Shown here: in pieces, positions 47,980 through 57,850 of the stretch
Layout of the letters: each line of letters opens with the position of its first letter
Position numbering within the stretch: position 1 is the first letter of the stretch
Virus record (IMG/VR): IMGVR_UViG_3300042893_000474
Coordinates: 29,700 to 93,699 of that record
DNA length: 64,000 bases
Strand: one strand, 5' to 3'
DNA from: a virus
The notes under the pieces: model-generated
Seen by the model: only the letters and a program-made list of their open reading frames with translations
The model's database searches: none
Told to the model about the DNA's origin: nothing
Position numbers and translations under genes: made by a program

Positions 47980-48161
47980 TATCTACCTGCCTCCCTTTCT
48001 TCAGCAATGAAGTTTCTTTCTTCGTCTCTCAGATGGTCAAATGCTGGGTCATCATTGTAGTCTACTTTTTGGGAAGAGTCGTCATCAAACTCGTCTTCCC
48101 AATCTTCAGGATCTCTCATTATTCTGCTGCTAGTGCTATAAAGTGATAGAAACCAGGACAT
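47979..48161 (-). CDS. small acidic hypothetical protein
   Basis: Fills the gap; the real start is probably the internal Met of MRDPEDWEDE. Confidence 0.45.
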   Translation of the reverse strand: MSWFLSLYSTSSRIMRDPEDWEDEFDDDSSQKVDYNDDPAFDHLRDEERNFIAEEREAGR

Positions 48162-48676
48162 TCTTTGTCTGCTTTCTTATAAGTAATCTCAGAGACTAGT
48201 GTTTTACTACCTACTAACTGCTTAGAAATATGCACAGACGTAGCTTCTTTGGTTCTCTCAGTGTACTCACGAGCTTTCTTAATAGCATCAATCTGAAACT
48301 CGCTACTAGCAATAACATCTCCGTTGTATACTTTTACTTGGTAGACTGTCTTCCAGGTACGAGTTCCCTTTTGAGGTGTAGTAGCAACTTGAGTTTTAAT
48401 CTTGTTGGTATTAACTATTGGCTCACTGACACAAATACCTAGTGCAGGTCCCCACTTTTGTAACTTATTATTTTCGTAAAGATAATCTACATATTCATCC
48501 ATACTTTTACCTGATGCTCTAAACTCTTTAGTTACATCTACAATTCCGTTACTAGTGTTAATAGTTCCATTATACGGATCATTTCCGTGTTCGTAAGTGG
48601 CATCTTCTACTACATTGTTGTATGCCTCACGCATTGAGGCTCCTCTGCCTCTTACTTCAATTAAACTTGCTCCCAT
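48119..48676 (-). CDS. conserved phage hypothetical protein
   Basis: MGA...AY...V..A.YE.G...YNGTI.T...KWG..L...F...AAE pattern; strong A-rich leader. Confidence 0.7.
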   Translation of the reverse strand: MGASLIEVRGRGASMREAYNNVVEDATYEHGNDPYNGTINTSNGIVDVTKEFRASGKSMDEYVDYLYENNKLQKWGPALGICVSEPIVNTNKIKTQVATTPQKGTRTWKTVYQVKVYNGDVIASSEFQIDAIKKAREYTERTKEATSVHISKQLVGSKTLVSEITYKKADKECPGFYHFIALAAE

Positions 48677-48700
48677 AATTTTTCTTTGTTTTAGTTAGTT

Positions 48701-50707
48701 TTATTTTTTCCAATAAGGTGCTATGCAAGGGTCAGCTTTTAAAGGTACAGTTTTACAAAACTTAGTACCCGCTTTCTCCATAGCTATTTGTAGTGCTTTT
48801 GCACAATCTTCTGCCAATGACAGCGGACATTCAATTAAGTTCTCGTCGTGAATTGTGTTTACAAATTTCACTGTAAACAATAAGTTATTTGGAACCAGAT
48901 ACTCACTCCAGAACATCACACAAGATAACTTGGTAATTTCTGAGGATTCTCCTTGGATTGGATAGTTCAATGACATACGTTCAATCTCACCTTTTTTCAT
49001 TGAATAAGCTTGTACTACTTTCTTAAGCTCTCTAAAGGTAGGTGTATTGCTTGCCTTATGTTTCTTGTAACTCTTCCAAAAGGCATCGTTATCAATCTTA
49101 TCCTTTTGTTCCATGTACCATTCATAATTATCCACGTAGGACTTTTTACCTGTGACTTCTGAAATCAATACAAAGCCGTTCTTTAGTCCGAATTGTTTGG
49201 CTTTTTCAAAGTATGATTTTAATCCAGGAAAGGCTCTGAAGTAGGAATCATAGATATGCTGACCTTGAGTTAGACTTAACCCTAGTTGATCTGCAATACC
49301 TTTCCCACTACCGCCATAGTTGATAGCAAATCCTGCTACCTTAGCTGCTTGACGTTTATCTTTGTGCTCTTCCTTGATTGTATCAAGTGGCACATCGTCT
49401 AGCTCAGGGTACATCTTAGAGGCTACAAATGAATGCATATCTCCAAGATTCTTCCTGTAGAACAATAATAAGTTTTCGTCAAGACACTTGTTTACTAGAA
49501 CAATTTGTTCTTGACCAGTGTAATCACAACCTATTAATGTATTTCCTTCTTCTGCTACAAAACAACCTCTAGTTTCTTTATCACTAGGAATGTTTTGAAA
49601 GTTAGGATAAGATTCTCCCGTAGCTTTGTTTCTTCCACCACTAGATAAGCGTCCTGTGTTCATCAACTGCTTATAACTTGTGTGTACTCTACCACTTACA
49701 GGATTAATTAATCTCAACCAGTTCTCACCATACGTACCGATATTCTTTTGACATTCTTTGTATCGGATGTATGTTTTTAAGATAGGAAATTGTTCTATTT
49801 GTTTAGAAAGGTGTCCTGCTTCTGTTGTCTTTTTAGCTACACCTTTTTCTATTATTTCAACATCTACACCCATCATTTCAAACAATTGAATGACTTGAGT
49901 TGCGCTGTTCCAGTTGATAGAAGTATGTAATCCAGGACTGAACAAATCACCTTGTCTGTCTATGAACTTATCATAGCCGTTTTCTATTAAGTAGGAATCT
50001 AATTCTCTTCTTAATTCTTCTGCCTCATTCTTTATTTTCCTTAAGCGGTCGAGCCATTTATTCACATCTAGCTTCATACCGCAGTACTCTATATAAGAAA
50101 GCACAATTACAAAACGATTATCTAGTTCTATAGATAACTCACAGTTCTTTTCTTTAATTAACTGCTCTTGGTTACTCTTAACAACATGTAGATGCTCTAC
50201 GTCCTTACCACTGTACTTAATGAATTCAGGAGTAAATTTACCTGTAATATTAAGTCGCTGAGTTTTGTCCATATACACCCCACAATATCTATCCACACAA
50301 TCTGCTAAAGAACACTTATGCTTATCTACTCCAAGGTAGATAGTCTTCTCTGCAATGAATGTATCGAATATTTTCTTAGGTACAATTCTGTTATGTATTA
50401 AGAATCTAATGTCAAACTTTAAGTTGTGACCAATTAGTTCTTTGTTTTCCAGAATCTCTTTAAATACTTGAATGTCTACTGTATTTGTATCAATTACAAA
50501 CTGATTCTCAGCATTACCCAATTGAATACATACAATACGATCTCTGTATGGGTCAAAACCCAAAGTTTCGATGTCAAATCCAAGTACTTCTTGAGTATTT
50601 AAATACTTAAGACATGTGTCTATACTACATGCTCTAATGCCTTCATAAGAAGATTCTTGCATCTCCTTTTGAAGTTCTGTGTCTGCTGATACAAAATACA
50701 ATCCCAT
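48701..50707 (-). CDS. polA: family A DNA polymerase with 3'-5' exonuclease
   Basis: ExoI DIETLG, ExoII HNLKFD, TGRLSS, motif A DYTGQE, motif B RQAAKVAGFAINYG, NYPIQG, motif C IHDE. ATG at 50707. Confidence 0.95.
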   Translation of the reverse strand: MGLYFVSADTELQKEMQESSYEGIRACSIDTCLKYLNTQEVLGFDIETLGFDPYRDRIVCIQLGNAENQFVIDTNTVDIQVFKEILENKELIGHNLKFDIRFLIHNRIVPKKIFDTFIAEKTIYLGVDKHKCSLADCVDRYCGVYMDKTQRLNITGKFTPEFIKYSGKDVEHLHVVKSNQEQLIKEKNCELSIELDNRFVIVLSYIEYCGMKLDVNKWLDRLRKIKNEAEELRRELDSYLIENGYDKFIDRQGDLFSPGLHTSINWNSATQVIQLFEMMGVDVEIIEKGVAKKTTEAGHLSKQIEQFPILKTYIRYKECQKNIGTYGENWLRLINPVSGRVHTSYKQLMNTGRLSSGGRNKATGESYPNFQNIPSDKETRGCFVAEEGNTLIGCDYTGQEQIVLVNKCLDENLLLFYRKNLGDMHSFVASKMYPELDDVPLDTIKEEHKDKRQAAKVAGFAINYGGSGKGIADQLGLSLTQGQHIYDSYFRAFPGLKSYFEKAKQFGLKNGFVLISEVTGKKSYVDNYEWYMEQKDKIDNDAFWKSYKKHKASNTPTFRELKKVVQAYSMKKGEIERMSLNYPIQGESSEITKLSCVMFWSEYLVPNNLLFTVKFVNTIHDENLIECPLSLAEDCAKALQIAMEKAGTKFCKTVPLKADPCIAPYWKK

Positions 50708-50709
50708 TA

Positions 50710-51327
50710 CTAGTCCCAAACGTTAAGTGTCTTCCTCAATTCGCTTACTAAATCTTCATAAACAGTAATCAAATTCATCATCTCTTCACTAGTAAACTTT
50801 TTAACCTCTCGTGATGTACGTACCATTAATTCAGCTGTACCCTCACCATGTAGTTTATCTAAGTTTACTCCAAAAATGTATTGATTACCACTTAAGCCGA
50901 TGTTACATCCGTAGCATTGGGGCTTGCAATTTAATACATGAAATCGAGTTGAATAGAATCTTCTCGACTGAAAATGTCCACATTGTATCTCTCGCCAGTG
51001 TAAAACTTTCTCACAAGTAAAACATTTCGCACTGTGCTCATGTTTAATACCTGATAATCTGACATATACACTAAATATTCTGTCTAGTTTCTTGGTCAGT
51101 ACCCCGATAGACTCAGCTTTCTTTTTACGTGCTTTATCCTTACGCTCCTTAACTTTAACTATTTGTGATTTTTTCACACAAACGGCACATAACTTCTTCG
51201 TTTTGTTACTATATGGACGTTTTTTGCCACATTCTGTGCAAATTGTCTCAATAACAGCTTTGTCTTTATTTACAGGTTCTCCCTTAACTGGAATCTTTTT
51301 AGCCTGTGTTGGTTTTCTTGATAACAT
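50710..51327 (-). CDS. ninG: NinG/Rap-family endonuclease with extra N-terminal zinc finger
   Basis: LD..FS.YVR...CFTC...CGHF.SR....TRF...N...QC..CN; N-terminal CTEC...CAVC. Confidence 0.85.
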   Translation of the reverse strand: MLSRKPTQAKKIPVKGEPVNKDKAVIETICTECGKKRPYSNKTKKLCAVCVKKSQIVKVKERKDKARKKKAESIGVLTKKLDRIFSVYVRLSGIKHEHSAKCFTCEKVLHWREIQCGHFQSRRFYSTRFHVLNCKPQCYGCNIGLSGNQYIFGVNLDKLHGEGTAELMVRTSREVKKFTSEEMMNLITVYEDLVSELRKTLNVWD

Positions 51328-51337
51328 AATACAATAT

Positions 51338-51390
51338 ACAAAGGAAAAGAATAACCCAAGCTTTCCTTAGGCTATTCTGTTTTCCTTTGT
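51338..51390 (-). terminator. long stem-loop (terminator or RNase III-type site)
   Basis: Minus strand ACAAAGGAAAA-CA-GAATAGCCTAAG-GAAAG-CTTGGGTTATTC-TTTTCCTTTGT: 11+12 bp, with G-U pairs only on the transcribed strand. Confidence 0.7.
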
Positions 51391-51399
51391 TATTAGACA

Positions 51400-52248
51400 T
51401 TAGATGTAAATCTCTACTGGTCTGCTGGTAACAAACTTGTTCTCAATCAAGTCAAAAGCACGCTGATTAATACGAGCACCTGAACCAAACATCAATGCCT
51501 TACGTTTAGCATCAATGTCTTTGTAAGTAGTCATGTGATTAGTGAAACGTGTAACTGCATTAAACAATCCGTAAGCTGACTCACCGTGTGCTGCATACTC
51601 TGTAGACATTGCTGCTTTTAAATCATTCAGACGATTAGTACTACGAGTAGACTCCAAGTGACCTCCGATAATCTCAAACAAGAAATCATCATCAATCTTT
51701 GCAGGTACTACTGTATTGCTCATCTGAATCATACGTTCAATTGTCTGCTCTTCTGCATTCATAGATTCACGCAAAGAGTTGATAATACCCCCTAACCTTT
51801 CTTTGTGGTTAGGTGTGTGTTTAACTGCTTCGCAATCTTTAAATGCTTGGAAGAATGTGTTCTGGCAAATAACAACTACATTAGTTGCACCAAAGCCAAT
51901 TTTAGTCAAGCCGTCATGTGCCGTAAGACCTGTCAAGTAACGCATGTTTTTAGAGCCACCGATAGTTACTTCAGGTAATTGAAACTGATAGTAAATCCTT
52001 TCGCCCATTCCTAGAGCACCGCCACGTACCGCAGGGATGTTTACAGCTCCCGCAGCATCCATTAGCATGTCCAGAACCTCGTGATTCTGGGTGATAGTGT
52101 ACTTGCCTCCAACTAGACCTAAACAACGGTCGTTGTCTGCTCTGAAAATTCCGTAGCCATTGGTTGTTTCTCCGTTAGGGCCAAACAAAGCTCTCTTTTC
52201 GACTGTCCAATCAGTTTTTGATGTGGTTAATAATTCTTGTGCATTCAT
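51400..52248 (-). CDS. DUF932 family protein
   Basis: DW.V.K...R.D....LG.VG..Y...QN, HDG, VVVICQNT, KHT, YGLFNAVT.F..H motifs. Confidence 0.85.
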   Translation of the reverse strand: MNAQELLTTSKTDWTVEKRALFGPNGETTNGYGIFRADNDRCLGLVGGKYTITQNHEVLDMLMDAAGAVNIPAVRGGALGMGERIYYQFQLPEVTIGGSKNMRYLTGLTAHDGLTKIGFGATNVVVICQNTFFQAFKDCEAVKHTPNHKERLGGIINSLRESMNAEEQTIERMIQMSNTVVPAKIDDDFLFEIIGGHLESTRSTNRLNDLKAAMSTEYAAHGESAYGLFNAVTRFTNHMTTYKDIDAKRKALMFGSGARINQRAFDLIENKFVTSRPVEIYI

Positions 52249-52251
52249 GTT

Positions 52252-52491
52252 TTAGTGTTTTAAGTTTCTTAGTGTTTTTAGTAATTCTTTGAGTTCATTT
52301 ACTCTTCCTGTAATCTCGCAATAATCGTACTCTGTTTTCTGGTCAGCATCTTGCAACTCATCTATACGATGAATAACAAAATCAATGATGTAGTTGCTTA
52401 CTTCTTTAGCAACTCTATCTTCTACCATGTTTACTAGTTGATCTAGTGTTTGTTGAAAATCTTCGGATGCGGTTAATTTCTTGTCTGTCAT
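52252..52491 (-). CDS. hypothetical protein
   Basis: 79-aa helical ORF with ATGA overlap. Confidence 0.6.
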   Translation of the reverse strand: MTDKKLTASEDFQQTLDQLVNMVEDRVAKEVSNYIIDFVIHRIDELQDADQKTEYDYCEITGRVNELKELLKTLRNLKH

Positions 52492-53186
52492 GTTTTAATC
52501 CAATTAATTGTGTTTAAGTTAGCTTTTTCTAGATGTTTGTTTACTTCAATAAAGTGGTTACAATTCCAAGGTCTGCCCTGATAGTTTGCCGCTACTGGAT
52601 GTTCTGACTCTAAGATAACATGATGATCAGCAATTTGTGTTTTAAAAGCTTGTGCATCTTTACCCCATAAACAGAAGATAATGTCAGTAGTGTGCTCATT
52701 AAGGGCTTTAATTACCTCTTTGGTCCACAGTTCCCATACTTTCATATGGCTTCCAGGTTTACCCTGCTCAACGGTTAACGCTGCGTTGAGCATAAGTATA
52801 CCCTGTTTTGCCCAATACTCAATATCTAAATCAACAGCAAAGGTTAGTTCGCTGTCGTAAAAGTCCTCTTTAATTCTGTCATAAATCTTTCTAAGACTTG
52901 GAGGAACATATTCTCGGTCACGAGGTGCAAATGATAGCCCACATGCCACAGGTTTGTTTTTGTAGAGTGTAGGATATGGATCCATACCTATCACTACTAC
53001 ACATACTTTACTTAAAGGAGTTAGTTGGAATGCCCTAAATATCTCTTTACTAGGGGGAAATACCTCTACTTCTTCTCGTTTAGTTTTAATGTGATTTGCT
53101 ACTTTACTAAAATGCTCAGATTCTATGTAGCTTCTTAGTCGCTTATACCAATCATCTGGTATATTTATTCGTTTAGTTAATTGCAT
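52488..53186 (-). CDS. ung: uracil-DNA glycosylase (family 1)
   Basis: VFPP...IFRAF, VVVIGMDPY, GLSF, PPSL, WAKQG.L.LN.ALTV..GKPGSH, LWG..A, HP motifs. Confidence 0.93.
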   Translation of the reverse strand: MQLTKRINIPDDWYKRLRSYIESEHFSKVANHIKTKREEVEVFPPSKEIFRAFQLTPLSKVCVVVIGMDPYPTLYKNKPVACGLSFAPRDREYVPPSLRKIYDRIKEDFYDSELTFAVDLDIEYWAKQGILMLNAALTVEQGKPGSHMKVWELWTKEVIKALNEHTTDIIFCLWGKDAQAFKTQIADHHVILESEHPVAANYQGRPWNCNHFIEVNKHLEKANLNTINWIKT

Positions 53187-53760
53187 TTTTTATTCTTTTG
53201 GCTTTTCTGTCTGCTTTGATTTTGGCATATTCGGATGATTGGTTCTCTAGTACATCTTTATTGATAAACAAATGAGGCATTTCTTCTTTAAGTTTGACAA
53301 TTGTGTTAAAATACTTTATAACATACAAAGGGTCGCTTTCTAGTAAATCTTCATGAGTACCTGTATTGTGAATAATAGTACTGTGGTCTCTACCAAACAT
53401 ATTGCCCAAATCAGAATAAGTGTATGATCTATAGTAGTACAAGAAGCAAATAAGAATCATTCGAATCTCAACTACACCTCTTACTCTACTACTAGATAAA
53501 ACCAAATTGAAGTCAGAATGGTTAAAATCACAGACTATTTGAACAATCTTTAATTCCTCTTTAGTCATTGGTCTGTATCCTTTAATCTTAAAAGGTTTTT
53601 TCTTTACAATACTACCATAGGTTTTATTCTTGTATGGTTTGATTGAGTCTAAAGCCAAAATCCTTGCAATAGTTTTTTCTAAATACCAAGCATCTACATT
53701 AGGCACATCCTTTGAGCATTCTTTAACTACAATTTCTACAATATTTCGTATTGTTTGCAT
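53173..53760 (-). CDS. protein with DnaA C-terminal (domain IV) HTH
   Basis: SR....V..R...Y.....TY..LG..FGRDHSTIIH matches the DnaA-IV signature; no AAA+ domain. Confidence 0.75.
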   Translation of the reverse strand: MQTIRNIVEIVVKECSKDVPNVDAWYLEKTIARILALDSIKPYKNKTYGSIVKKKPFKIKGYRPMTKEELKIVQIVCDFNHSDFNLVLSSSRVRGVVEIRMILICFLYYYRSYTYSDLGNMFGRDHSTIIHNTGTHEDLLESDPLYVIKYFNTIVKLKEEMPHLFINKDVLENQSSEYAKIKADRKAKRIKNAIN

Positions 53761-54692
53761 AATTCTATTAGTTTTTTGATTCCATGATTTTTGACAATGT
53801 CGCTAGTGTCTTTACCTAACATATTATTGTGACTAATTCTGATAAGTCTTCTATCTCTGCTACATAGATTAGTAGATAGTTGTTCTCCAGGTTCATCAGA
53901 ATCATACCATACATATACTTTCTTAAATCTAGTGCATAAGTCATCTAAAGTTTCTTGAGTAAGTCTACTAGCTTCCGTTGTTGGACAAACAGCATTAATT
54001 CCTAAAGTAGAGAAGACCATTACGTCTTTTGTTGCTTTACTTATAATGAGTTTATTTCCTCTTTCTGGTAGCATAGAAGTACACTCTAACTGAAGACTGT
54101 AGTTATTGCGAAACTTAACTTTCTTGTTAAAAGGACGATAGAGTTTAATCTTATCAACTTCTAAGTATCTGTAACAAGGATCTTTGTCTGAGTATAAATA
54201 TCTAAGTTCACCATTAATCCACGCTTTTCTTACTTTACGCACATTAAACCTTTTAAGAGTCTCCAAAGTAATGTTAAACTGCTCCCAATACACTAAATCT
54301 TTCTTATCATAAGGCATCACCTCTACTTTAATTGTAGTGGCTGACTCAGTATCGTCTGGATCATACTTGATAGTAGGTTTAGGAACATCTAGCACATGAA
54401 GATTAGACATTTGGTTGTAAATCTGTTGAGCTGTCAATTTCTCTCCACATCGTAGGTTAGCAATAGTAAAGCAGTTATATTGTTTACCTGCACTAAAGTC
54501 ATTGAAGACTAGTTGCCCCATCTTTGTGTAGAAGAAATAACACTTTGGAAAATTGTCTTTCCGAAACGGATTTAAGTACGGATGCTTTAACTTAATGGGT
54601 TCCCCGAAGTAAAACTCCATAATTTGTTCCTCACTAAAAGCTTGTAAGAGTTTAGGAGTATCTATAACTGTTCTAAAATTGTCTAGGTTCAT
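53736..54692 (-). CDS. DNA primase (TOPRIM, crAss-like)
   Basis: NPFRKD..P N-terminal domain; ISKATKDVM, YDSDEPG and KDTSD TOPRIM motifs. Confidence 0.85.
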   Translation of the reverse strand: MNLDNFRTVIDTPKLLQAFSEEQIMEFYFGEPIKLKHPYLNPFRKDNFPKCYFFYTKMGQLVFNDFSAGKQYNCFTIANLRCGEKLTAQQIYNQMSNLHVLDVPKPTIKYDPDDTESATTIKVEVMPYDKKDLVYWEQFNITLETLKRFNVRKVRKAWINGELRYLYSDKDPCYRYLEVDKIKLYRPFNKKVKFRNNYSLQLECTSMLPERGNKLIISKATKDVMVFSTLGINAVCPTTEASRLTQETLDDLCTRFKKVYVWYDSDEPGEQLSTNLCSRDRRLIRISHNNMLGKDTSDIVKNHGIKKLIELCKQYEIL

Positions 54693-54705
54693 GTTTTTTA
54701 TATAA

Positions 54706-54741
54706 TAAACTAAAGGGGTACTATAAGCACCCCTTAGTTTA
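54706..54741 (-). terminator. intergenic stem-loop after SSB gene
   Basis: Minus strand TAAACTAAGGGGTGC-TTATA-GTACCCCTT(T)AGTTTA. Confidence 0.6.
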
Positions 54742-54765
54742 CTAACTAATGGTACTTAGATTTAA

Positions 54766-55626
54766 TTATCCAAACAAATCATCCTCAAAAGGACTTTCTG
54801 ATTTGGCAGGGGTTGCACTAGGCACATCTCCGAATGGATCATCGTCTGTTGTCCAAGAATCATTACCAGTTTCTACAGTATTTGGTTCTGCATCTGCAAT
54901 GTATTCTTTGAACTGAAGATTATCTCCATAGTGGTGTTTGTAACCATAGTTAGAATCAGTGATTTTGTTCTTTGTATAGTCGCTAATCTTAGCAGTCAAA
55001 GTTAAGAACAAACTGTTCCAAACATCTTGATACTGACCGTCTTTAACGCCCATAAGCACTCTAACACCTCCATCTTTCTTATTGAAGTAGTCAAAGAAAT
55101 CACGCAATTCTTTCACATTACCTTTGATGACATTCTTAATATCATCTAACATAAGAGCAGAATTGTTGGTATCAATGTTACCATAAGAACGTAGTAAGGT
55201 GTACAAATCTTCTTCTCCACGCAAAGCCTCACGTACGTTGTCTAACTTCAATTTATTGTAGTCAGCCAATTTGCTGTTACGCTCAGATAAATCTCCAAGA
55301 CTATCTGCCCACGTTACTTTGCTATGGTTGTCAATATACTGTGTCTTTCCAGACTGGCTAACACGAGTTTGAGCACTGATAAATAACGCAAACTTACCCA
55401 AGAATGGAGTAGTAAGGCTTTCATGATTCTTGTAGAAGAAGTCAATACGTGTACTATCTTCTGTAAAATAGTTTGGTTCTTTTACTTTCTCTACATCTAC
55501 CTCATAAAGAGCTGCAATTTGCTCACGAGTTGGATTAACTGCTACGATTTTGATTGGTGCAATACCTGTAAACAACTTCTTGTTGCTTGTACCGCTTGTT
55601 CTGGTTTCTAAATTGTCTAAATTCAT
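54766..55626 (-). CDS. probable single-stranded DNA-binding protein
   Basis: LFTG...AVNPT..., acidic tail ending DDLFG; lies between the ATPase and primase. Confidence 0.65.
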   Translation of the reverse strand: MNLDNLETRTSGTSNKKLFTGIAPIKIVAVNPTREQIAALYEVDVEKVKEPNYFTEDSTRIDFFYKNHESLTTPFLGKFALFISAQTRVSQSGKTQYIDNHSKVTWADSLGDLSERNSKLADYNKLKLDNVREALRGEEDLYTLLRSYGNIDTNNSALMLDDIKNVIKGNVKELRDFFDYFNKKDGGVRVLMGVKDGQYQDVWNSLFLTLTAKISDYTKNKITDSNYGYKHHYGDNLQFKEYIADAEPNTVETGNDSWTTDDDPFGDVPSATPAKSESPFEDDLFG

Positions 55627-55658
55627 AATTTTGCTTTTAACTTTTTACTTTTGTTAGT

Positions 55659-56330
55659 TTAAGAATAATACTCATCAATGTGCTCACACACTTGTTTTAA
55701 GTCATTAGGAATACGGGTTTCAGGAAACATTCCATCAGGTGATTTAGCTGGATACTTCTTCCATCTGTTAGTTACAAATTCATAAGTTGCGTTACCCTGA
55801 TTATCTTCTGACACATGGGTATACAAAGCAACTGTGAATAGACCTTCTAACACAATCTGATTATCCAACAACTTCCCAGCTGTTTTCATTTTGTAAGAAA
55901 CGATTGATCCATCGTCCATAATTTCCTCGGGATGGGAAAAGTAGAAAATTTTCAAGTCGTCTCTTAGTTTGCGGGCCTCCGTTAATAACGTGACCATGTC
56001 CTTAGCCATTACCGAAAATTTAGTAAAGCCTGTTTCTGTGGCTTTTCTGACCATGTTAAATCCCATGATGTAATTAGAGTCTTCTAAAATTACATTCTTG
56101 ATGTGTGGAGCTTTCTCATTAATACTTTGAAGATACTTAACAACTTGCAGGGCTTCATCTATTTCTGCATAGTTCTTGTTTTCTAAATTGTACATTTTGT
56201 TAGAGCCTTTGAATGGAAGTTCTTTACGAGCTACATTGATAATGTAAGTTTCTTTTGGATCTAGATTTTTAACTGATGTTGATTTCCCACTACCTGTGGG
56301 TCCTACGACTGCGATTAATTTGCTTGACAT
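55659..56330 (-). CDS. AAA/Sak4-like P-loop ATPase
   Basis: Walker A GPTGSGKS, Walker B ILED, KT.GKLLD...EGLFT..L, AKSP.GMF. Confidence 0.85.
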   Translation of the reverse strand: MSSKLIAVVGPTGSGKSTSVKNLDPKETYIINVARKELPFKGSNKMYNLENKNYAEIDEALQVVKYLQSINEKAPHIKNVILEDSNYIMGFNMVRKATETGFTKFSVMAKDMVTLLTEARKLRDDLKIFYFSHPEEIMDDGSIVSYKMKTAGKLLDNQIVLEGLFTVALYTHVSEDNQGNATYEFVTNRWKKYPAKSPDGMFPETRIPNDLKQVCEHIDEYYS

Positions 56331-56335
56331 TTTTT

Positions 56336-56686
56336 TTAGTTTTTAGTTTTCTTTGGTTTATGTTCTTTTATATTTTCCAAGTCAGCGTCTTCTTTCAATG
56401 CCCAGCCATAAAACAATGTGAACTCTTTTACTAATGTCATCAGTTCGGTTGTGGTAAATGGTTCATTTGGTCGATAGGTAGATATCTCAGTTAGAGCGTC
56501 GTTATTGGTCACTAAATATTTATAAAGCCAATCTTGGAATTTCTTCTCTTCCTCAACTGACCACTCATATGCTTCATGCCATTCGTCTTGTAATATATCT
56601 ATTTTAGTTATGTCTGTACCTACTTGGTTAGCCATTTCACTAAAAATGATGTTTAAATGATGTCCTAATTTAATTTTCTTTAACAT
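56336..56686 (-). CDS. hypothetical protein
   Basis: 116 aa with W...YEW..EEE..F..W motif. Confidence 0.65.
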   Translation of the reverse strand: MLKKIKLGHHLNIIFSEMANQVGTDITKIDILQDEWHEAYEWSVEEEKKFQDWLYKYLVTNNDALTEISTYRPNEPFTTTELMTLVKEFTLFYGWALKEDADLENIKEHKPKKTKN

Positions 56687-56688
56687 GT

Positions 56689-57807
56689 TTACTTTTTCTC
56701 TCTAAATTGTTCGTAATAGGCTCCAGTACTCATCGTTTCAGCACGAGGAAGTTCTTGAAAAAACCCACTTGCTCCTTCAAAATGTAACCCTAAACTAGCA
56801 TTTTCTAGTCCATAGTGTCTGTCTTTAAGGAATTTAAGACAACGATAGTTTCTTCCCAAGATAGATATGTCATATCCATTGTGAGTTTCTATATCGTAAC
56901 GTGATGGGTTGAACAATCCCAACACAATCTCGTAATCTTGGTGTACGCCTTTGTTAATGTGTAACTCTTCTAAAGAAGGTTCTATCTTCTCTTCAATAAG
57001 ATGTCCTTTGTTTGTGTATACAGCTTTCTCTGATGAAGGAGTTTGCTGATGTACAACAACATTGACCATCTTAAATCTTTTGGAAAAGACATCCAACATA
57101 TAGTCTTTAACCATTAAATCAAAAGTTTGATAAGGAGTGTACTTCATCTTACTATCAGGTATAGTTTCATTGTAAAGCAAACTAATATGGTCTACTATAC
57201 AAAATACCCACAGATTATCTGATTTATAGTTATACCCAGTAAGTATTTTTCTACCGTCAGGCATTTCTTTATACACATATTCTCCTATCTCAGGGTTCTC
57301 AAAGTATGATTTTACATACTTAAGAATACCCGTAGGATTTCTGATGTAATCTATACACTCTACCGTATCCTGTAAGACATTAATGTATCTCTCTGCTTCT
57401 TTGATTTTACTCATCAAATCAGAACTCACATTAAAGTTGCCTATTGATTTTAGTTGTGCTATACTTATGTTCAACTTATGTTGTTGGTATAGATAGCTTG
57501 AAATAAATGATAACCAAAAATCTGTTTGGCTTTCTTCTAATGCAAAATAAAATATCTTGACTTTGATATTGGTCTTATGTGTTTTTCGCAACACATTGTG
57601 TACTGTCAAGTATTTTACAAACTTTGTTTTACCTACACCTGAAGATGCGGTAATGGCTGTTAATGAGCCTTTAGTAAATCCCCCGTAGTGCTGTGATAGC
57701 CTATCAAAAGGACCTAAGATAGAAGTAATTCCTCCCTCTTCTTTGATTCTTTTGTTGGTCTCTATTACATTTACTAATTGTTGAAAATTAACTAACTGGT
57801 GTGACAT
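56689..57807 (-). CDS. dnaB: DnaB-like replicative helicase
   Basis: Walker A ASSGVGKT, YFALEE, Walker B IVDHI, VVHQQ, GLFNP.RY, KDRHYG. Confidence 0.85.
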   Translation of the reverse strand: MSHQLVNFQQLVNVIETNKRIKEEGGITSILGPFDRLSQHYGGFTKGSLTAITASSGVGKTKFVKYLTVHNVLRKTHKTNIKVKIFYFALEESQTDFWLSFISSYLYQQHKLNISIAQLKSIGNFNVSSDLMSKIKEAERYINVLQDTVECIDYIRNPTGILKYVKSYFENPEIGEYVYKEMPDGRKILTGYNYKSDNLWVFCIVDHISLLYNETIPDSKMKYTPYQTFDLMVKDYMLDVFSKRFKMVNVVVHQQTPSSEKAVYTNKGHLIEEKIEPSLEELHINKGVHQDYEIVLGLFNPSRYDIETHNGYDISILGRNYRCLKFLKDRHYGLENASLGLHFEGASGFFQELPRAETMSTGAYYEQFREKK

Positions 57808-57850
57808 AACTTTTCATAGGGGTTGCTTGTTCAAGAGGGAAAAGAAAAAA

